DNA of 64,000 bases from Verrucomicrobiota bacterium (GCA_014193395.1 BJHT01000007.1:1005-65004); one strand, 5' to 3'. Counted from the stretch's first letter, positions 36,279-45,651 are shown. Notes: generated by a model not told the origin, from the letters alone. Translations and numbers: made by a program.

Positions 36279-37247
36279 TCACTGCCGCTCGAGCTGCTGT
36301 TTCACGAAGGCGAAGGCCTGGCGGTGGGCTTCCTCGATTACCGCCGGGTCGCCGCCGCCGAGGCCGTGTTCGCCGCGCGGGATGGGATGAAATTGGAAGG
36401 GGATTTTCTGGCGCTCAAATTCTTTGACCATGAGCTGGGATTGCTCGAAGGGCACGTCGGTGTCGGCGGTGCCGTGGATGAGAACGGTGGGCGGGAAGCC
36501 GGCGCGGACGTTTTTCAGCGGCATGTAAGGGAAGAATTTTTCCGGCTCGCGATGCGGGTCCCAGGTGGTGACGGACTTGGGCCACGCACCGGTCTGGCGG
36601 CAGAAATTGTAGAAGATGCCGCCGTCGCCTGTGCGCTCGCGCGCGTCCGAGACGGGCGGGCCGGCGACCTGGCGCAGGGCTTCGTCGGCGGTGAATTTTT
36701 TCTGGTTATGGCGCGGATGCGGGCTGGGGGTGGAATACCAATCGCCGACGAGATCGCCGTAGCCCCAGAAGGCGAGGAGCACCCGCGGGCGCGGTTCGAC
36801 GCGGTGGCCGGTGACGAGCGTGAGATAGCCGCCCGCGGAACCACCGGTCACGGCCACGCGGTCGGGGTCGGTGTGGAAGCGTGCCGGGCCTTCGCGGCGC
36901 AGCCAGCGGAAGGCGTCCTCGAGGTCTTCGATGATGCCGGGGAGTTTGGTCTCGGGCGCGAGGCGGTAGTCGAAGGAGACGAGGACGTAGCCGTTGGTGA
37001 GGGCGAAATTGCGGACGCGCTGGCTCACGCTCTCGCGGTGGCCGTTGATGAGCGCGCCGCCGTGGAGCCACACGACGACGGGGCGGACCTTGGTGTCGGC
37101 GTAGGCATACACGTCGGCCTTGATGGCGAGCGGGCCGGCTTGTTTGTAGATGACGGTTTGTTTTTCAGGGGCGTCGGCGGCGCGGGATGGGGTGATGCTG
37201 GGTGAGAGCATGAGGAGGGAGAGCGCGGCGAGGAGGGGCGTTTTCAT
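36279..37247 (-). CDS. Secreted alpha/beta-hydrolase (esterase/lipase, HGG-type)
   Basis: Proximal part of track ORF 36279..37967, starting at MKTPLLAALSLLML (signal peptide). It has HGGALING, the nucleophile elbow GGSAGG and a late HGTADTDVP. Confidence 0.8.
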   Translation of the reverse strand: MKTPLLAALSLLMLSPSITPSRAADAPEKQTVIYKQAGPLAIKADVYAYADTKVRPVVVWLHGGALINGHRESVSQRVRNFALTNGYVLVSFDYRLAPETKLPGIIEDLEDAFRWLRREGPARFHTDPDRVAVTGGSAGGYLTLVTGHRVEPRPRVLLAFWGYGDLVGDWYSTPSPHPRHNQKKFTADEALRQVAGPPVSDARERTGDGGIFYNFCRQTGAWPKSVTTWDPHREPEKFFPYMPLKNVRAGFPPTVLIHGTADTDVPFEQSQLMVKEFERQKIPFQFHPIPRGEHGLGGGDPAVIEEAHRQAFAFVKQQLERQ

Positions 37248-37347
37248 TTTTTGGCGGAGGGGGAGATGGCAGAAAAATAGGGGGCAGAAAAATGGGACGG
37301 AACGGGAAGTTTTCGAGAGGGACGCGTCTGAGTTCGTCGCCTCAATA

Positions 37348-38724
37348 TCAGAACAGCTCGCGAATTGGGGTGCCGTCGGAGAGGGCGGTGGGGCGGCCGT
37401 CGGAGGCGAGATACTGGAGGTTTTGCGAATCGTAGCCGAGCGCGGCGAAGATGCTGGCGTGGAGGTCGGCGGGCGTGGTCGGGCGTTCGAGCGGATAGGC
37501 GCCGAGGTTGTCGGAGGCGCCGATGACTTGTCCGCCGCGGACGCCGCCGCCGGCGAGCAGCACGCTGAAGCAGCCCGGCCAATGGTCGCGTCCGGCCTCG
37601 GCGTTGATCTTGGGCGTGCGGCCGAATTCGCCCATCCACACGACAAGTGTGGAGTCGAGGAGGCCGCGTTCTTCGAGGTCGTCGAGCAGGGCGGCGTAGG
37701 CTTGTTCCATCGGGGGCACGAGGCGGTTTTTGAGCGTGTTGAAATTATCCTTGTGCGTGTCCCACTGGATGCTCGGGCCGTTGACGGTGGTGATGAAGCG
37801 CGTGCCGGCTTCGACGAGGCGGCGCGCGAGCAGGTGGGATTGGCCCCAACTGTGGCGGCCGTAGCGCTCGCGGACGGCGGCGGGTTCGCGCGACAAATCG
37901 AACGCGTCGGCGGCGCGGCCGGTTTGGAGAAGGGTGGCGGCCTGCTGGTTGAACGTGTCGATCTCACTCGTGAGCGGCGAGAGGATGCGCGGCGCGGTGA
38001 TGGCGAGATCGCGCGAGAGGCCGAGGCGTTCGGTCAGGCGTGCGGCGGAGAGATCGGCTTCGAGGCTGAGATTGCGGACTTTGAAATCGGCGCGGTTCGG
38101 GTCGTCGTCGAGCACGAAGGGATCGAAGCGCGAACCGAGGCAGCCGCCGTATTGGCCGGGCGTGATGTACACCTTGCTATCACAATGCGGGAACGGCGTG
38201 ATGACATAGGGCGGCACGCCGCGGCTGAAGCCATCGCGCTGCGCCAGCCAGCCCACGAGGGTGCCCACGCACGGCAAGTCGGTGCGACCGGGCGTGATGA
38301 GCGTGCTGTCCACCGCGTAAGGTTTGCCGACCGTCGCCCAGTGCATTCCGCCATTGTGGCTGTTGTGGCCGTGATACACCGAGCGTATCAAGGCCAGCTT
38401 GTCCATGCGCTTGGCCATGCGCGGCAGCAGTTCGGAAATGTGGATGCCAGGGGCGTTCGTCTTGATCGGCGCGAAGGGACCACGCACTTCGGAGGGCGCG
38501 TCGGGCTTGGGATCCCACAGGTCGATGTGACTCGGCGCGCCGCCGTTGAAAATCAGGATGACGGCCCTCGCTCTGCCTGCGCCCGGCACCGCCGGCACGG
38601 CGGCGCGGGTGAAATTCGTGACGAGTGGCAACATGGCCAGTCCCAGTCCGTGCAGTGCCGTGCGGCGCGAGAGCGGGCGGGAGAACACGCCGGGCGGGAA
38701 TGCGGCTGCGAGGGATTTTTTCAT
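37348..38724 (-). CDS. DUF1501-domain protein (sulfatase-fold, Tat-like signal)
   Basis: Part of track ORF 37348..39171 from MKKSLAAAF. It has SRRTALHGLG (Tat-like), APSHIDLWDPKP and GRDHWPGCFSVLLAGGG. Confidence 0.8.
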   Translation of the reverse strand: MKKSLAAAFPPGVFSRPLSRRTALHGLGLAMLPLVTNFTRAAVPAVPGAGRARAVILIFNGGAPSHIDLWDPKPDAPSEVRGPFAPIKTNAPGIHISELLPRMAKRMDKLALIRSVYHGHNSHNGGMHWATVGKPYAVDSTLITPGRTDLPCVGTLVGWLAQRDGFSRGVPPYVITPFPHCDSKVYITPGQYGGCLGSRFDPFVLDDDPNRADFKVRNLSLEADLSAARLTERLGLSRDLAITAPRILSPLTSEIDTFNQQAATLLQTGRAADAFDLSREPAAVRERYGRHSWGQSHLLARRLVEAGTRFITTVNGPSIQWDTHKDNFNTLKNRLVPPMEQAYAALLDDLEERGLLDSTLVVWMGEFGRTPKINAEAGRDHWPGCFSVLLAGGGVRGGQVIGASDNLGAYPLERPTTPADLHASIFAALGYDSQNLQYLASDGRPTALSDGTPIRELF

Positions 38725-39018
38725 GCTCACATCACCGGCGCATCGCGTGCGTGCGATGCGGCGAATGCGTGCAAGTGCTCTCGAAGCGACACGCCACGGC
38801 GGCGGGAACGCGGCGCGGCGGCACGCCGAGAACGCTGAGGAAGTGTGAAAGCATGCGGCCTCAGACCACGCGCCGCGGGTGGGGAATTCATTCGCGCGGG
38901 CCGGGCCACACCCCATTCCGGCCCGACCGACGGCAGAACTTTCTGGTGCAGTTGCAGAATCCCAATTCAAGCGTGCCCGCTGCGCATGGGATTGCGAGCT
39001 CCCCACTCGCCTGCCCCG

Positions 39019-39134
39019 CTTCTCTGCGTTCCTTCCGATCTCTGCGGTGTACTCGGTTTTCTTCCCTGTCGCCGTCCGGCGACGGGAAGGGCGCGGATTA
39101 GAACGCCGCAGAGATGGGAAGGAACGCAGAGAAG
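39019..39134. repeat. Palindromic element H with nested hairpin
   Basis: The outer arms are CTTCTCTGCGTTCCTTCCGATCTCTGCGG ... CCGCAGAGATGGGAAGGAACGCAGAGAAG. The inner hairpin is CTTCCCTGTCGCCGTCCGGCGACGGGAAG. Confidence 0.8.
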
Positions 39135-39272
39135 CGCGGGCGGCAGTCCTGACCAAGAGCGGCCTGACCACCCAGTGGTCCTTCCGGCCCGCGTGCTACA
39201 TCCATCTCCTTGCTGCCAGCATTCCACGTCCCAACGACCCTCGCCTTCTCCCGCTTCCGCCGCCGCAAAAGC

Positions 39273-39286
39273 CTGATCCAAGTCAA
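39273..39286 (+). promoter_or_regulatory. Candidate FNR/DNR/NnrR-type box upstream of nirK
   Basis: CTGATccaaGTCAA matches TTGAT-N4-ATCAA at 8 of 10 positions and lies ~100 nt upstream of the nirK ATG. Confidence 0.25.
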
Positions 39287-39384
39287 CGCCGCCCAGGGTG
39301 AGATTCCGCCAAGATTGGCCGACTGAAATGGCTCGAAACGCGCCGCCTGCGAGCGGTACTTTCGTTGCTTTGGAACCGTTAACT

Positions 39385-40929
39385 ATGAACACAAATCCAA
39401 CCGCCCTGCCCTCCCGTCGCATCGGCCTCTGCGCCGCCGCGCTGTTCTTCGCCCACACCCACTTCGCCGCGTTCGCGGCCGATCCCGCCCCGGCCGCCAA
39501 GGCCACCGATCCCACCATCATTGGCGAAGAAACCGCCGTCCTCACCCAGGCGCCCGCCGTGCCGCCGCCCATCAAGCGCAAACACGCGACCAAGGTCATC
39601 GTCCGGCTCGAGGTCAAGGAGGTCGTGAAAAAAATGGCCGACGGCGTCGAGTATCTCTACTGGACCTTCGGCGGCGACGTGCCCGGCAGCTTCATCCGCA
39701 TCCGCGAGGGCGATTTCGTCGAGTTCCATCTCAACAATCATCCGAGCAGCAAGATGCCGCACAACATCGACCTGCACGCCGTCACCGGCCCCGGCGGCGG
39801 CGCGGCGGCGTCCTTCACTGCGCCCGGGCATTCCTCGCAGTTCTCGTTCAAGGCCCTGAATCCGGGCCTCTACGTGTATCACTGCGCCACCGCGCCCGTC
39901 GGCATGCACGTCGCCAACGGCATGTACGGTCTCATCCTCGTCGAGCCGAAAAGCGGCCTGCCGCCGGTGGACAAGGAGTATTACGTCATGCAGGGCGACT
40001 TCTACACCGTGGGAAAATTCGGCGAGGAAGGACTGCAACCGTTCGATCAAAACAAGGCCGTGGACGAACGCCCCACCTACGTGCTTTTCAACGGCGCTGT
40101 CGGCGCGCTCGTCGGCGACAAGGCCCTGCGCGCCAGCGTCGGCGAGAAGGTCCGCCTCTACGTCGGCAACGGCGGGCCGAACCTCGTCTCCTCCTTCCAC
40201 GTCATCGGTGAAATTTTCGACGAGGTCTATCAGGAAGGCGGCGTAATCCCGACCCAGAAACACGTGCAGACCACGCTCATTCCCGCGGGCGGCTCGGCCA
40301 TCGTGGACTTCACGGTCGAAGTCCCCGGCACCTACATTCTCGTCGATCACTCGCTCTTCCGCGCGTTCAACAAAGGCGCGCTGGGCATGTTGAAAGTGGA
40401 CGGCCCGCCGAATCTGCTCGCCTACACCGGCAAGGAAGTGGACGCCGTGTATCTGGGCCAGCAGGCCACCGCCGGTTCCGAGGCGGAAAAGCGCGTCGCC
40501 GAACTCCAGGCGCAGATGAAAGAAGCGCTCAAATCCAACCCGCAGATCGCCACGCTCACCAAGGAAATCCAGATTGAGAAAGGCAAACAGGTTTACATGC
40601 AGACCTGCTTTGTCTGCCACCAAGTCGATGGCCAGGGCGTCGCCGGGCAGATTCCGCCGCTCGTGAAATCCGACTATCTCATGGCCGACAAAGCGCGTTC
40701 CATTCGCGGCGTGCTCCAGGGCCAGTCCGGCGAGATCGTCGTCAACGGCAAGCCCTACAACGGCATCATGATCCCGCTCAATTATCTGAACGATGAACAG
40801 GTCGCCAACGTGCTCACCTACGTCCGCAACTCCTTCGGCAACTCCGGCGAAGCCGTGACCATCGAGGAGGTGCGCCGCATCCGCGCCGAAACCCCCAAGG
40901 CCCCGTCGCCCACCGAGAAGTTCGAGTAG
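39385..40929 (+). CDS. nirK: Copper-containing nitrite reductase NirK with a C-terminal class I cytochrome c domain
   Basis: Track ORF 39298..40929, start at MNTNPTAL. It has type-2 Cu HNIDLH, type-1 Cu [18 protein letters not shown], and C-terminal CFVCH (CxxCH) with a downstream Met. Confidence 0.9.
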   Translation: MNTNPTALPSRRIGLCAAALFFAHTHFAAFAADPAPAAKATDPTIIGEETAVLTQAPAVPPPIKRKHATKVIVRLEVKEVVKKMADGVEYLYWTFGGDVPGSFIRIREGDFVEFHLNNHPSSKMPHNIDLHAVTGPGGGAAASFTAPGHSSQFSFKALNPGLYVYHCATAPVGMHVANGMYGLILVEPKSGLPPVDKEYYVMQGDFYTVGKFGEEGLQPFDQNKAVDERPTYVLFNGAVGALVGDKALRASVGEKVRLYVGNGGPNLVSSFHVIGEIFDEVYQEGGVIPTQKHVQTTLIPAGGSAIVDFTVEVPGTYILVDHSLFRAFNKGALGMLKVDGPPNLLAYTGKEVDAVYLGQQATAGSEAEKRVAELQAQMKEALKSNPQIATLTKEIQIEKGKQVYMQTCFVCHQVDGQGVAGQIPPLVKSDYLMADKARSIRGVLQGQSGEIVVNGKPYNGIMIPLNYLNDEQVANVLTYVRNSFGNSGEAVTIEEVRRIRAETPKAPSPTEKFE

Positions 40930-40969
40930 CTGGATCAACGTCTCGCTCCGCGCCCGCGCCTGAACCGCC

Positions 40970-41779
40970 ATGAATCGCCCGCTCCACTGCTCGCTCGTTT
41001 TTGCATGGATGCTGGCCTTCTGGTCTCAGGCCGCCGAGACCAAGCCGGTCTCAACCCCAACCCCGGCGGGCATGGCCACCGTGCCCGCCGGGATTTACCG
41101 CCCGCTTTTCCGCAGTGATCGCGATGCCAAAGAGGTCGCCGTGAAATCCTTCCACCTCGATGTCACGCCCGTCACCAACGCCGATTTTCTCGAATTCGTC
41201 CGCGCCCATCCCCGCTGGCAGCGCTCGCAGGTCAAACGCATCTTCGCCGACGAATCCTATCTCACCCACTGGGCCGGCGACCTTGATCTCGGCCCGAATG
41301 CCGCGCTCCTCGCGCGCCAACCTGTGACGCAGATTTCGTGGTTCGCGGCCAAAGCCTACGCCGCGTGGAAAGGCAAACGCCTCCCCACCACCGAGGAATG
41401 GGAACTCGCCGCCGCCGCCGGCTTCACGCAAATCGACGGCACCAAAGACCCTGAATTCCAGCGCGCCGTGAACCGCTGGTACTCGACCCCCACGCCCGCC
41501 ACGCTCCCCGCGGTCGCCACCGGCCGCACCAACTGCTTCGGCCTCCACGACCTCCACGGCCTCATCTGGGAATGGACCAGCGACTTCAACTCCACCCTCG
41601 TCACCGGCGACGCCCGCGGCGACAGCGGCCTCGAACGCCAGCTCTTCTGCGGCAATGGATCGTTCGGCGCGACCGACCGCGCCAACTACACGGCCTTCAT
41701 GCGCTTCGGTTTCCGCAGCAGCCTCAAGGCCGGGTACACGGTTCACAACCTCGGGTTTCGGTGCGCGAAGGACCTATGA
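40970..41779 (+). CDS. nirV: Formylglycine-generating-enzyme (FGE-sulfatase/SUMF1) fold protein, NirV-type nirK accessory protein
   Basis: 269 aa with a signal peptide. It has RLPTTEEWELAA, HGLIWEWTSD and GFRCA motifs, and lies directly downstream of nirK as in known nirK-nirV pairs. Confidence 0.8.
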   Translation: MNRPLHCSLVFAWMLAFWSQAAETKPVSTPTPAGMATVPAGIYRPLFRSDRDAKEVAVKSFHLDVTPVTNADFLEFVRAHPRWQRSQVKRIFADESYLTHWAGDLDLGPNAALLARQPVTQISWFAAKAYAAWKGKRLPTTEEWELAAAAGFTQIDGTKDPEFQRAVNRWYSTPTPATLPAVATGRTNCFGLHDLHGLIWEWTSDFNSTLVTGDARGDSGLERQLFCGNGSFGATDRANYTAFMRFGFRSSLKAGYTVHNLGFRCAKDL

Positions 41780-42146
41780 AAAGCTCAAAGCTCAAAGCTC
41801 AAAGCTCAAGGGAAGCACCAGCGTTCAAGCTCCAGCGGGGAGCGGATCGCGCCACCATTGTTCTCGAGCCACCAGCTCCATCGCCCCGTGGTTCCACGCC
41901 TTTTCGTCACTCCCATTTCCCCAGCCTTGAGAAAAAAATTGGAACCACGAAAGGCACGAAAGAAAAATTCTCGGACAAAATCCACCCGCCCACCCGGCGA
42001 GCAGAGATTCCGGTTGGCTCCCAACATCGTCTTCACCCTTTGTTTTCGAGGCTTTCGTGTCTTTCGTGGTTCACCTCCTCAGCCGCAGCCAAGTGCAGTT
42101 TCCTCGCCCTCTTCCTTTGTGCTTGGAGCTTTGCCCTTGGAGCTTC
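41779..42146. repeat. Repeat family D composite copy enclosing a second nested palindrome (41941..42072)
   Basis: The left arm is (AAAGCTC)x4 AAGGGAAGCACCAG and the right arm is GTGCTTGGAGCTTTGCCCTTGGAGCTTC. The inner palindrome is GGAACCACGAAAGGCACGAAAG / CTTTCGTGTCTTTCGTGGTTC. Confidence 0.8.
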
Positions 42147-42762
42147 TGCCGCCGAGGCAGCGCTTCCTCCGTGTTGCCGCGCCCTGGCCCCGAGCGCGCC
42201 GCTCACCGACAAATCCCTCTACCAACTCGACTCCCGCTGGACCTCCCACCACGACAAACAAATCCAACTCCGCGTCCTTCAGGGACGCCCCCAGGTCCTC
42301 ACGCTTTTCTTCACCCACTGCGAATTCGCCTGTCCCATCATCATCCACGACCTCCAGCGCCTCGAAGCCGCGCTCCCGGCGAATCTCCGCGGCCAGGTGG
42401 ATTTCCTCCTCGTCAGCCTCGACCCCGAGCGCGACACCGTCGCCGCCCTGCGCGCCTTCCGTGAACAACGCAAACTCCCGCTCGCCAACTGGACCCTCCT
42501 GCGCGGCGCGAACGACGACGTCCGCGAACTCGCCGCCCTCCTCGGCGTGAACTACCAAAAAGACGCCCGCGGCCAGTTCGCCCACTCGAATCTCATCACC
42601 GTCCTCAACGCCGCCGGGGAAATCATCCACCAACAAATCGGCCTCAACCAAGACCCCGCCGCGACCATCAAAGCCCTGACCAAAGCCACCGCCCCGCCTG
42701 CCCCGGTCGCGCCCGTCCCTTCCCTCGCGCCGCCCGCACCGCCCCGGCGCAATAAATCCTGA
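42040..42762 (+). CDS. SCO1/SenC-family copper chaperone (thioredoxin fold); start uncertain
   Basis: Distal part of track ORF 41572..42762. It has the CxxxC motif FTHCEFACP and a later conserved His (FAHSNL). The TTG at 42040 gives a signal-like N-terminus. An in-frame ATG at 41776 overlaps the nirV stop, but the intervening 264 nt are repeat sequence. Confidence 0.7.
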   Translation: MFSRLSCLSWFTSSAAAKCSFLALFLCAWSFALGASAAEAALPPCCRALAPSAPLTDKSLYQLDSRWTSHHDKQIQLRVLQGRPQVLTLFFTHCEFACPIIIHDLQRLEAALPANLRGQVDFLLVSLDPERDTVAALRAFREQRKLPLANWTLLRGANDDVRELAALLGVNYQKDARGQFAHSNLITVLNAAGEIIHQQIGLNQDPAATIKALTKATAPPAPVAPVPSLAPPAPPRRNKS

Positions 42763-43010
42763 GTCCAAAAAATAATCGCAGCGAAGAACGCCGGCAGGCG
42801 CGGTTGGCGCGCGGTGTTCCCGCCGCCTCGCCGTCCGCTCGACGCCGCGCGTTCGCACCCGCCCGGCGCAAGCCCCGCTGCAAGGGCACACATGCCGCGC
42901 GCCCCGCCCGCCCAGCCGAACCATTCACCCACAGCCCCGCGCTGCACCTTCGAATCCGCCGCCCGCCTTTTCCGCTTTTCTTTCCCCGCCCCACTGGCAG
43001 CGTCCGGCCC

Positions 43011-43832
43011 ATGCAATTTTGGAAATCGCTCACCCTCCTTCTCGGCCTCACCCTCGGTGCCAACACGTTCGCCGCACCCAGCCTCAAGACTGTCGGAATC
43101 TACGTCGGCAACAATAATTTCCCCGGGTTGCAGGGCAGCGATCTGCGCGGGTGCATCAATGACGCCAACCAATACGCCGACGCGTTTCAACTGATCCTTG
43201 GCAACGTCGAGGAACACCGGCTGACCAATGCCACGCTGGGAACTTTCACCGCTGAATTCCAGCAGGCCATTCGCCGCTGCCGCAGCGGAGAAATCGGCCG
43301 GCTCATCCTCACCATCGCCAGCCACGGCACCTCCTCGCCCGCGGCGGACGGCAAATCGGCCGTGCAGGCGATTGTCTTTTCCGACGTCAACGCGGCGATG
43401 ACCGTCGGGCTGCTCGAAGACACAAAGTTTCGCAGTCTGCTCGATCAGATTCCCACCAGCGTGGGTGTCGAGCTGATCCTGGACACCTGCTTTTCGGGCG
43501 GAGCCACGCGGGACCTGGCGGCCACGCGTTCAATTTTCAAATGGAACCCGCGTTACGTTGCCCATCCGCGTTTCCGCCCCGGCCTCCAACGCATTGTCCC
43601 GCGGGCCGTGCGCAGCGTCGGGCCCGAACATCGGGCCGAATGGGCGGCCTGCTCCGAGAAAGAGACTTCCGCCGACGCGCTCCTCGGTGGCGAGTGGCAC
43701 GGGGCGTTTACTTATGCGTGGGTGCGCAATTTCCGGCTCCATCGCGACCAGAAGCGCAGCGCGTTGCTCCAGGCGGTGCAGAACGAAATCACCCAGTTTT
43801 ACGGCCAAACCCCGCAATTGTTGACCCAATGA
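43011..43832 (+). CDS. Secreted peptidase C14 (caspase/metacaspase-like) protein
   Basis: Part of track ORF 42804..43832 from MQFWKSLTLLLGLTLGANTFA (signal peptide). It has the His-Cys dyad context IASHGTS and LDTCFSGG. Confidence 0.75.
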   Translation: MQFWKSLTLLLGLTLGANTFAAPSLKTVGIYVGNNNFPGLQGSDLRGCINDANQYADAFQLILGNVEEHRLTNATLGTFTAEFQQAIRRCRSGEIGRLILTIASHGTSSPAADGKSAVQAIVFSDVNAAMTVGLLEDTKFRSLLDQIPTSVGVELILDTCFSGGATRDLAATRSIFKWNPRYVAHPRFRPGLQRIVPRAVRSVGPEHRAEWAACSEKETSADALLGGEWHGAFTYAWVRNFRLHRDQKRSALLQAVQNEITQFYGQTPQLLTQ

Positions 43833-43984
43833 AAAAACTCCTGTCGCTCGCCGCACTTCTCGGCTTCCTCGTGGGTTGCGCCACCAACCACGGCCCGACG
43901 CCGCCCAGTCCGACGCCGGACACCAATCCCCCGCCCGCATCGCTGTTACGCGAACTTCCGGTCGGCCAGTTTGGCGGCCAGTGA
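43829..43984 (+). CDS. 51-aa Pro-rich lipoprotein, translationally coupled to the caspase-like gene
   Basis: The ATG overlaps the upstream TGA (ATGA). MKKLLSLAALLGFLVGCATNHG carries a lipobox (LVGC). The rest is Pro-rich (PTPPSPTPDTNPPP). Confidence 0.5.
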   Translation: MKKLLSLAALLGFLVGCATNHGPTPPSPTPDTNPPPASLLRELPVGQFGGQ

Positions 43985-44161
43985 CCGCGGTCGCAGCGGG
44001 TGGAATGCGAAACGCCGGCACGTCGCAACGGCGCACACCCCAACACCGGAGCGCGGCTGTGTCGAAGATCAGCCGCCGCGCCGCCCACTTGGGCGCAGCA
44101 GCGTGACGGCAAGATCGAGGGACTCGAACGTTTCGCCGCCGCGCGGAGGCCGACGACCTTT

Positions 44162-44336
44162 GTAGGAGTCGAGGTCACGAGACTCTAACCACGTTCCGCG
44201 CGCCGCCCGGCCAAGACCACTCCAAGCCACGTTCCTGAAACCAAGTTTCGATCCCCCGGCCCGCCCCGAGTCATCCCCCGAGACTCAGTCCGCTCCCGCG
44301 CAGAAAAGGTCAGAGCCTCGTCACCTCGACTCCTAC
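44162..44336. repeat. Palindromic repeat family A, diverged long copy 3
   Basis: GTAGGAGTCGAGGTCACGAGACTC ... GTCAGAGCCTCGTCACCTCGACTCCTAC. Confidence 0.7.
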
Positions 44337-44451
44337 CAGCGTGCGCGGCCTGCCCGCAGCGGCAGCGCACTCGCGACGGTGCGCGAATGTTCCGCATCAC
44401 CCGCTCGTTTACGCACGCGCCGCGCCCACGGACCGGCCGCGCGCCGGGCCG

Positions 44452-45591
44452 TCACGCCGCGCTGCCGCCGCGGTAGATGCGGGGGACGCGGTGGGTGATG
44501 GCGGTGAGCACTTCCCACGGAATCGTGCCAAACCACGTCGCCAACTCAGTTGCCGAGATTTCTTCCGCGCCCTGCCGGCCGATGAGCGTGGCGACATCGC
44601 CGGGCTGGGTGGCGGGGACGCGGGTCACATCGACGAGCATCTGGTCCATCGTCACGCGGCCGAGCACGGTGCAGCGGTGGCCGTGTAGCAGCACGGCGCT
44701 GCGGTCGCTGCCGGCGCGGAGGTAGCCGTCACCGTAGCCCGCGGTGAGGGTCGCCACGCGCATCCGTCGCGGTGCGGTGAAGGTGTGGCCGTAGCTGAGC
44801 GGCGTGCCTTTGGGGATCTCTTTCACGAGCGCGACGCGGCAGTGCCACGACAACGCGGGCCGCAGTTCGGGCAGCGGCGGCGCGAGGCGGCGACGACCGG
44901 TGGGGAGGATTCCGTAAACGAGCAGGCCGGGGCGCACCAGGTCGAACGTGGTCGCCGGCTCGTGAAGAATGGCCGCACTGTTGTTGGCGTGAATCGTGGG
45001 CGGCGTAATTCCGGCGGCGGCGAGCTGGCCGATGATGGAGTGAAATTGCGCGGCCTGTTGCGCGGAAAATTCCGCGTCGTCCTCGGCGCTGGAGAAATGC
45101 GTAAAGAGGCCTTCCAGCTTCAGTGCTTCCGAGGAAGCGATGGCGTGCGCGATGGACAGTACGTCCGACGGCGCGGCCCCGAGCCGGCCCATGCCGGTGT
45201 CCACCTTGAGATGCACCTCGACGCTGCGGCGGAGCTTCTGCGCGGCGGCGGCGAAGGACTGCGCCTCGGCGAGGGTGGAAATCGTGGGCATGACATGGTC
45301 TTTCACGCAGGTCTCGATTTCGTCGGGCAGGCACGCGCCGAGCATCAGAATCGGCCAGCCGCGGCCGACGCTGCGGATGGCGCGGGCTTCGGCGAGATTG
45401 GCGACGCCGAAGATGTCAGTGCCGCTCTGCATGAGCAGCGCGGCGATTTGCTTGAGGCCGTGGCCGTAGGCGTCGGCTTTCACCACGGTCATGATTTTCA
45501 CGCGCGGGCCGACGCGATGACGCAACCACGCGAGATTCGTGCGCAACGCGTCGAGATCCACCTCGGCCCAGCAGCGATACGGGGTGCTCAT
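44452..45591 (-). CDS. alr: Alanine racemase
   Basis: 379 aa with the PLP-site motif VVKADAYGHG and the C-terminal beta domain pattern (YGDGY). Confidence 0.92.
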   Translation of the reverse strand: MSTPYRCWAEVDLDALRTNLAWLRHRVGPRVKIMTVVKADAYGHGLKQIAALLMQSGTDIFGVANLAEARAIRSVGRGWPILMLGACLPDEIETCVKDHVMPTISTLAEAQSFAAAAQKLRRSVEVHLKVDTGMGRLGAAPSDVLSIAHAIASSEALKLEGLFTHFSSAEDDAEFSAQQAAQFHSIIGQLAAAGITPPTIHANNSAAILHEPATTFDLVRPGLLVYGILPTGRRRLAPPLPELRPALSWHCRVALVKEIPKGTPLSYGHTFTAPRRMRVATLTAGYGDGYLRAGSDRSAVLLHGHRCTVLGRVTMDQMLVDVTRVPATQPGDVATLIGRQGAEEISATELATWFGTIPWEVLTAITHRVPRIYRGGSAA

Positions 45592-45651
45592 GCGAAAAAA
45601 AGGTGATGCCCCCGAATCAGGCCGAGCGGCAGCGAATGGCGGGCGGCCTTT

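Noticed and set aside
36279-37967. 562-aa ORF suggesting a large fusion protein. The same problem affects the 607-aa ORF 37348..39171 and the N-terminal extensions of pyc, E1 alpha, thiL, mcsB and clpC.
   Set aside because: The upstream halves are Pro/Arg/Ser-rich junk. They overlap the neighbouring gene in another frame or lie in intergenic repeats. Internal Met codons give N-termini (signal peptides, conserved starts) that fit the families.
42804-43010. N-terminal 69-codon extension of the caspase-like ORF.
   Set aside because: The extension is Arg/Pro-rich. The internal Met at 43011 is followed directly by a canonical signal peptide.
44101-44200. tRNA-like strings on the reverse strand (TGGTTAGAGTC, GTTCGAGTCCCTC).
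   Set aside because: I could not fold a cloverleaf. The 5 nt flanking the putative T-loop are not complementary, there is no acceptor stem, and the D-loop-like string is part of the family A palindrome. It is at most a decayed tRNA-derived fragment.
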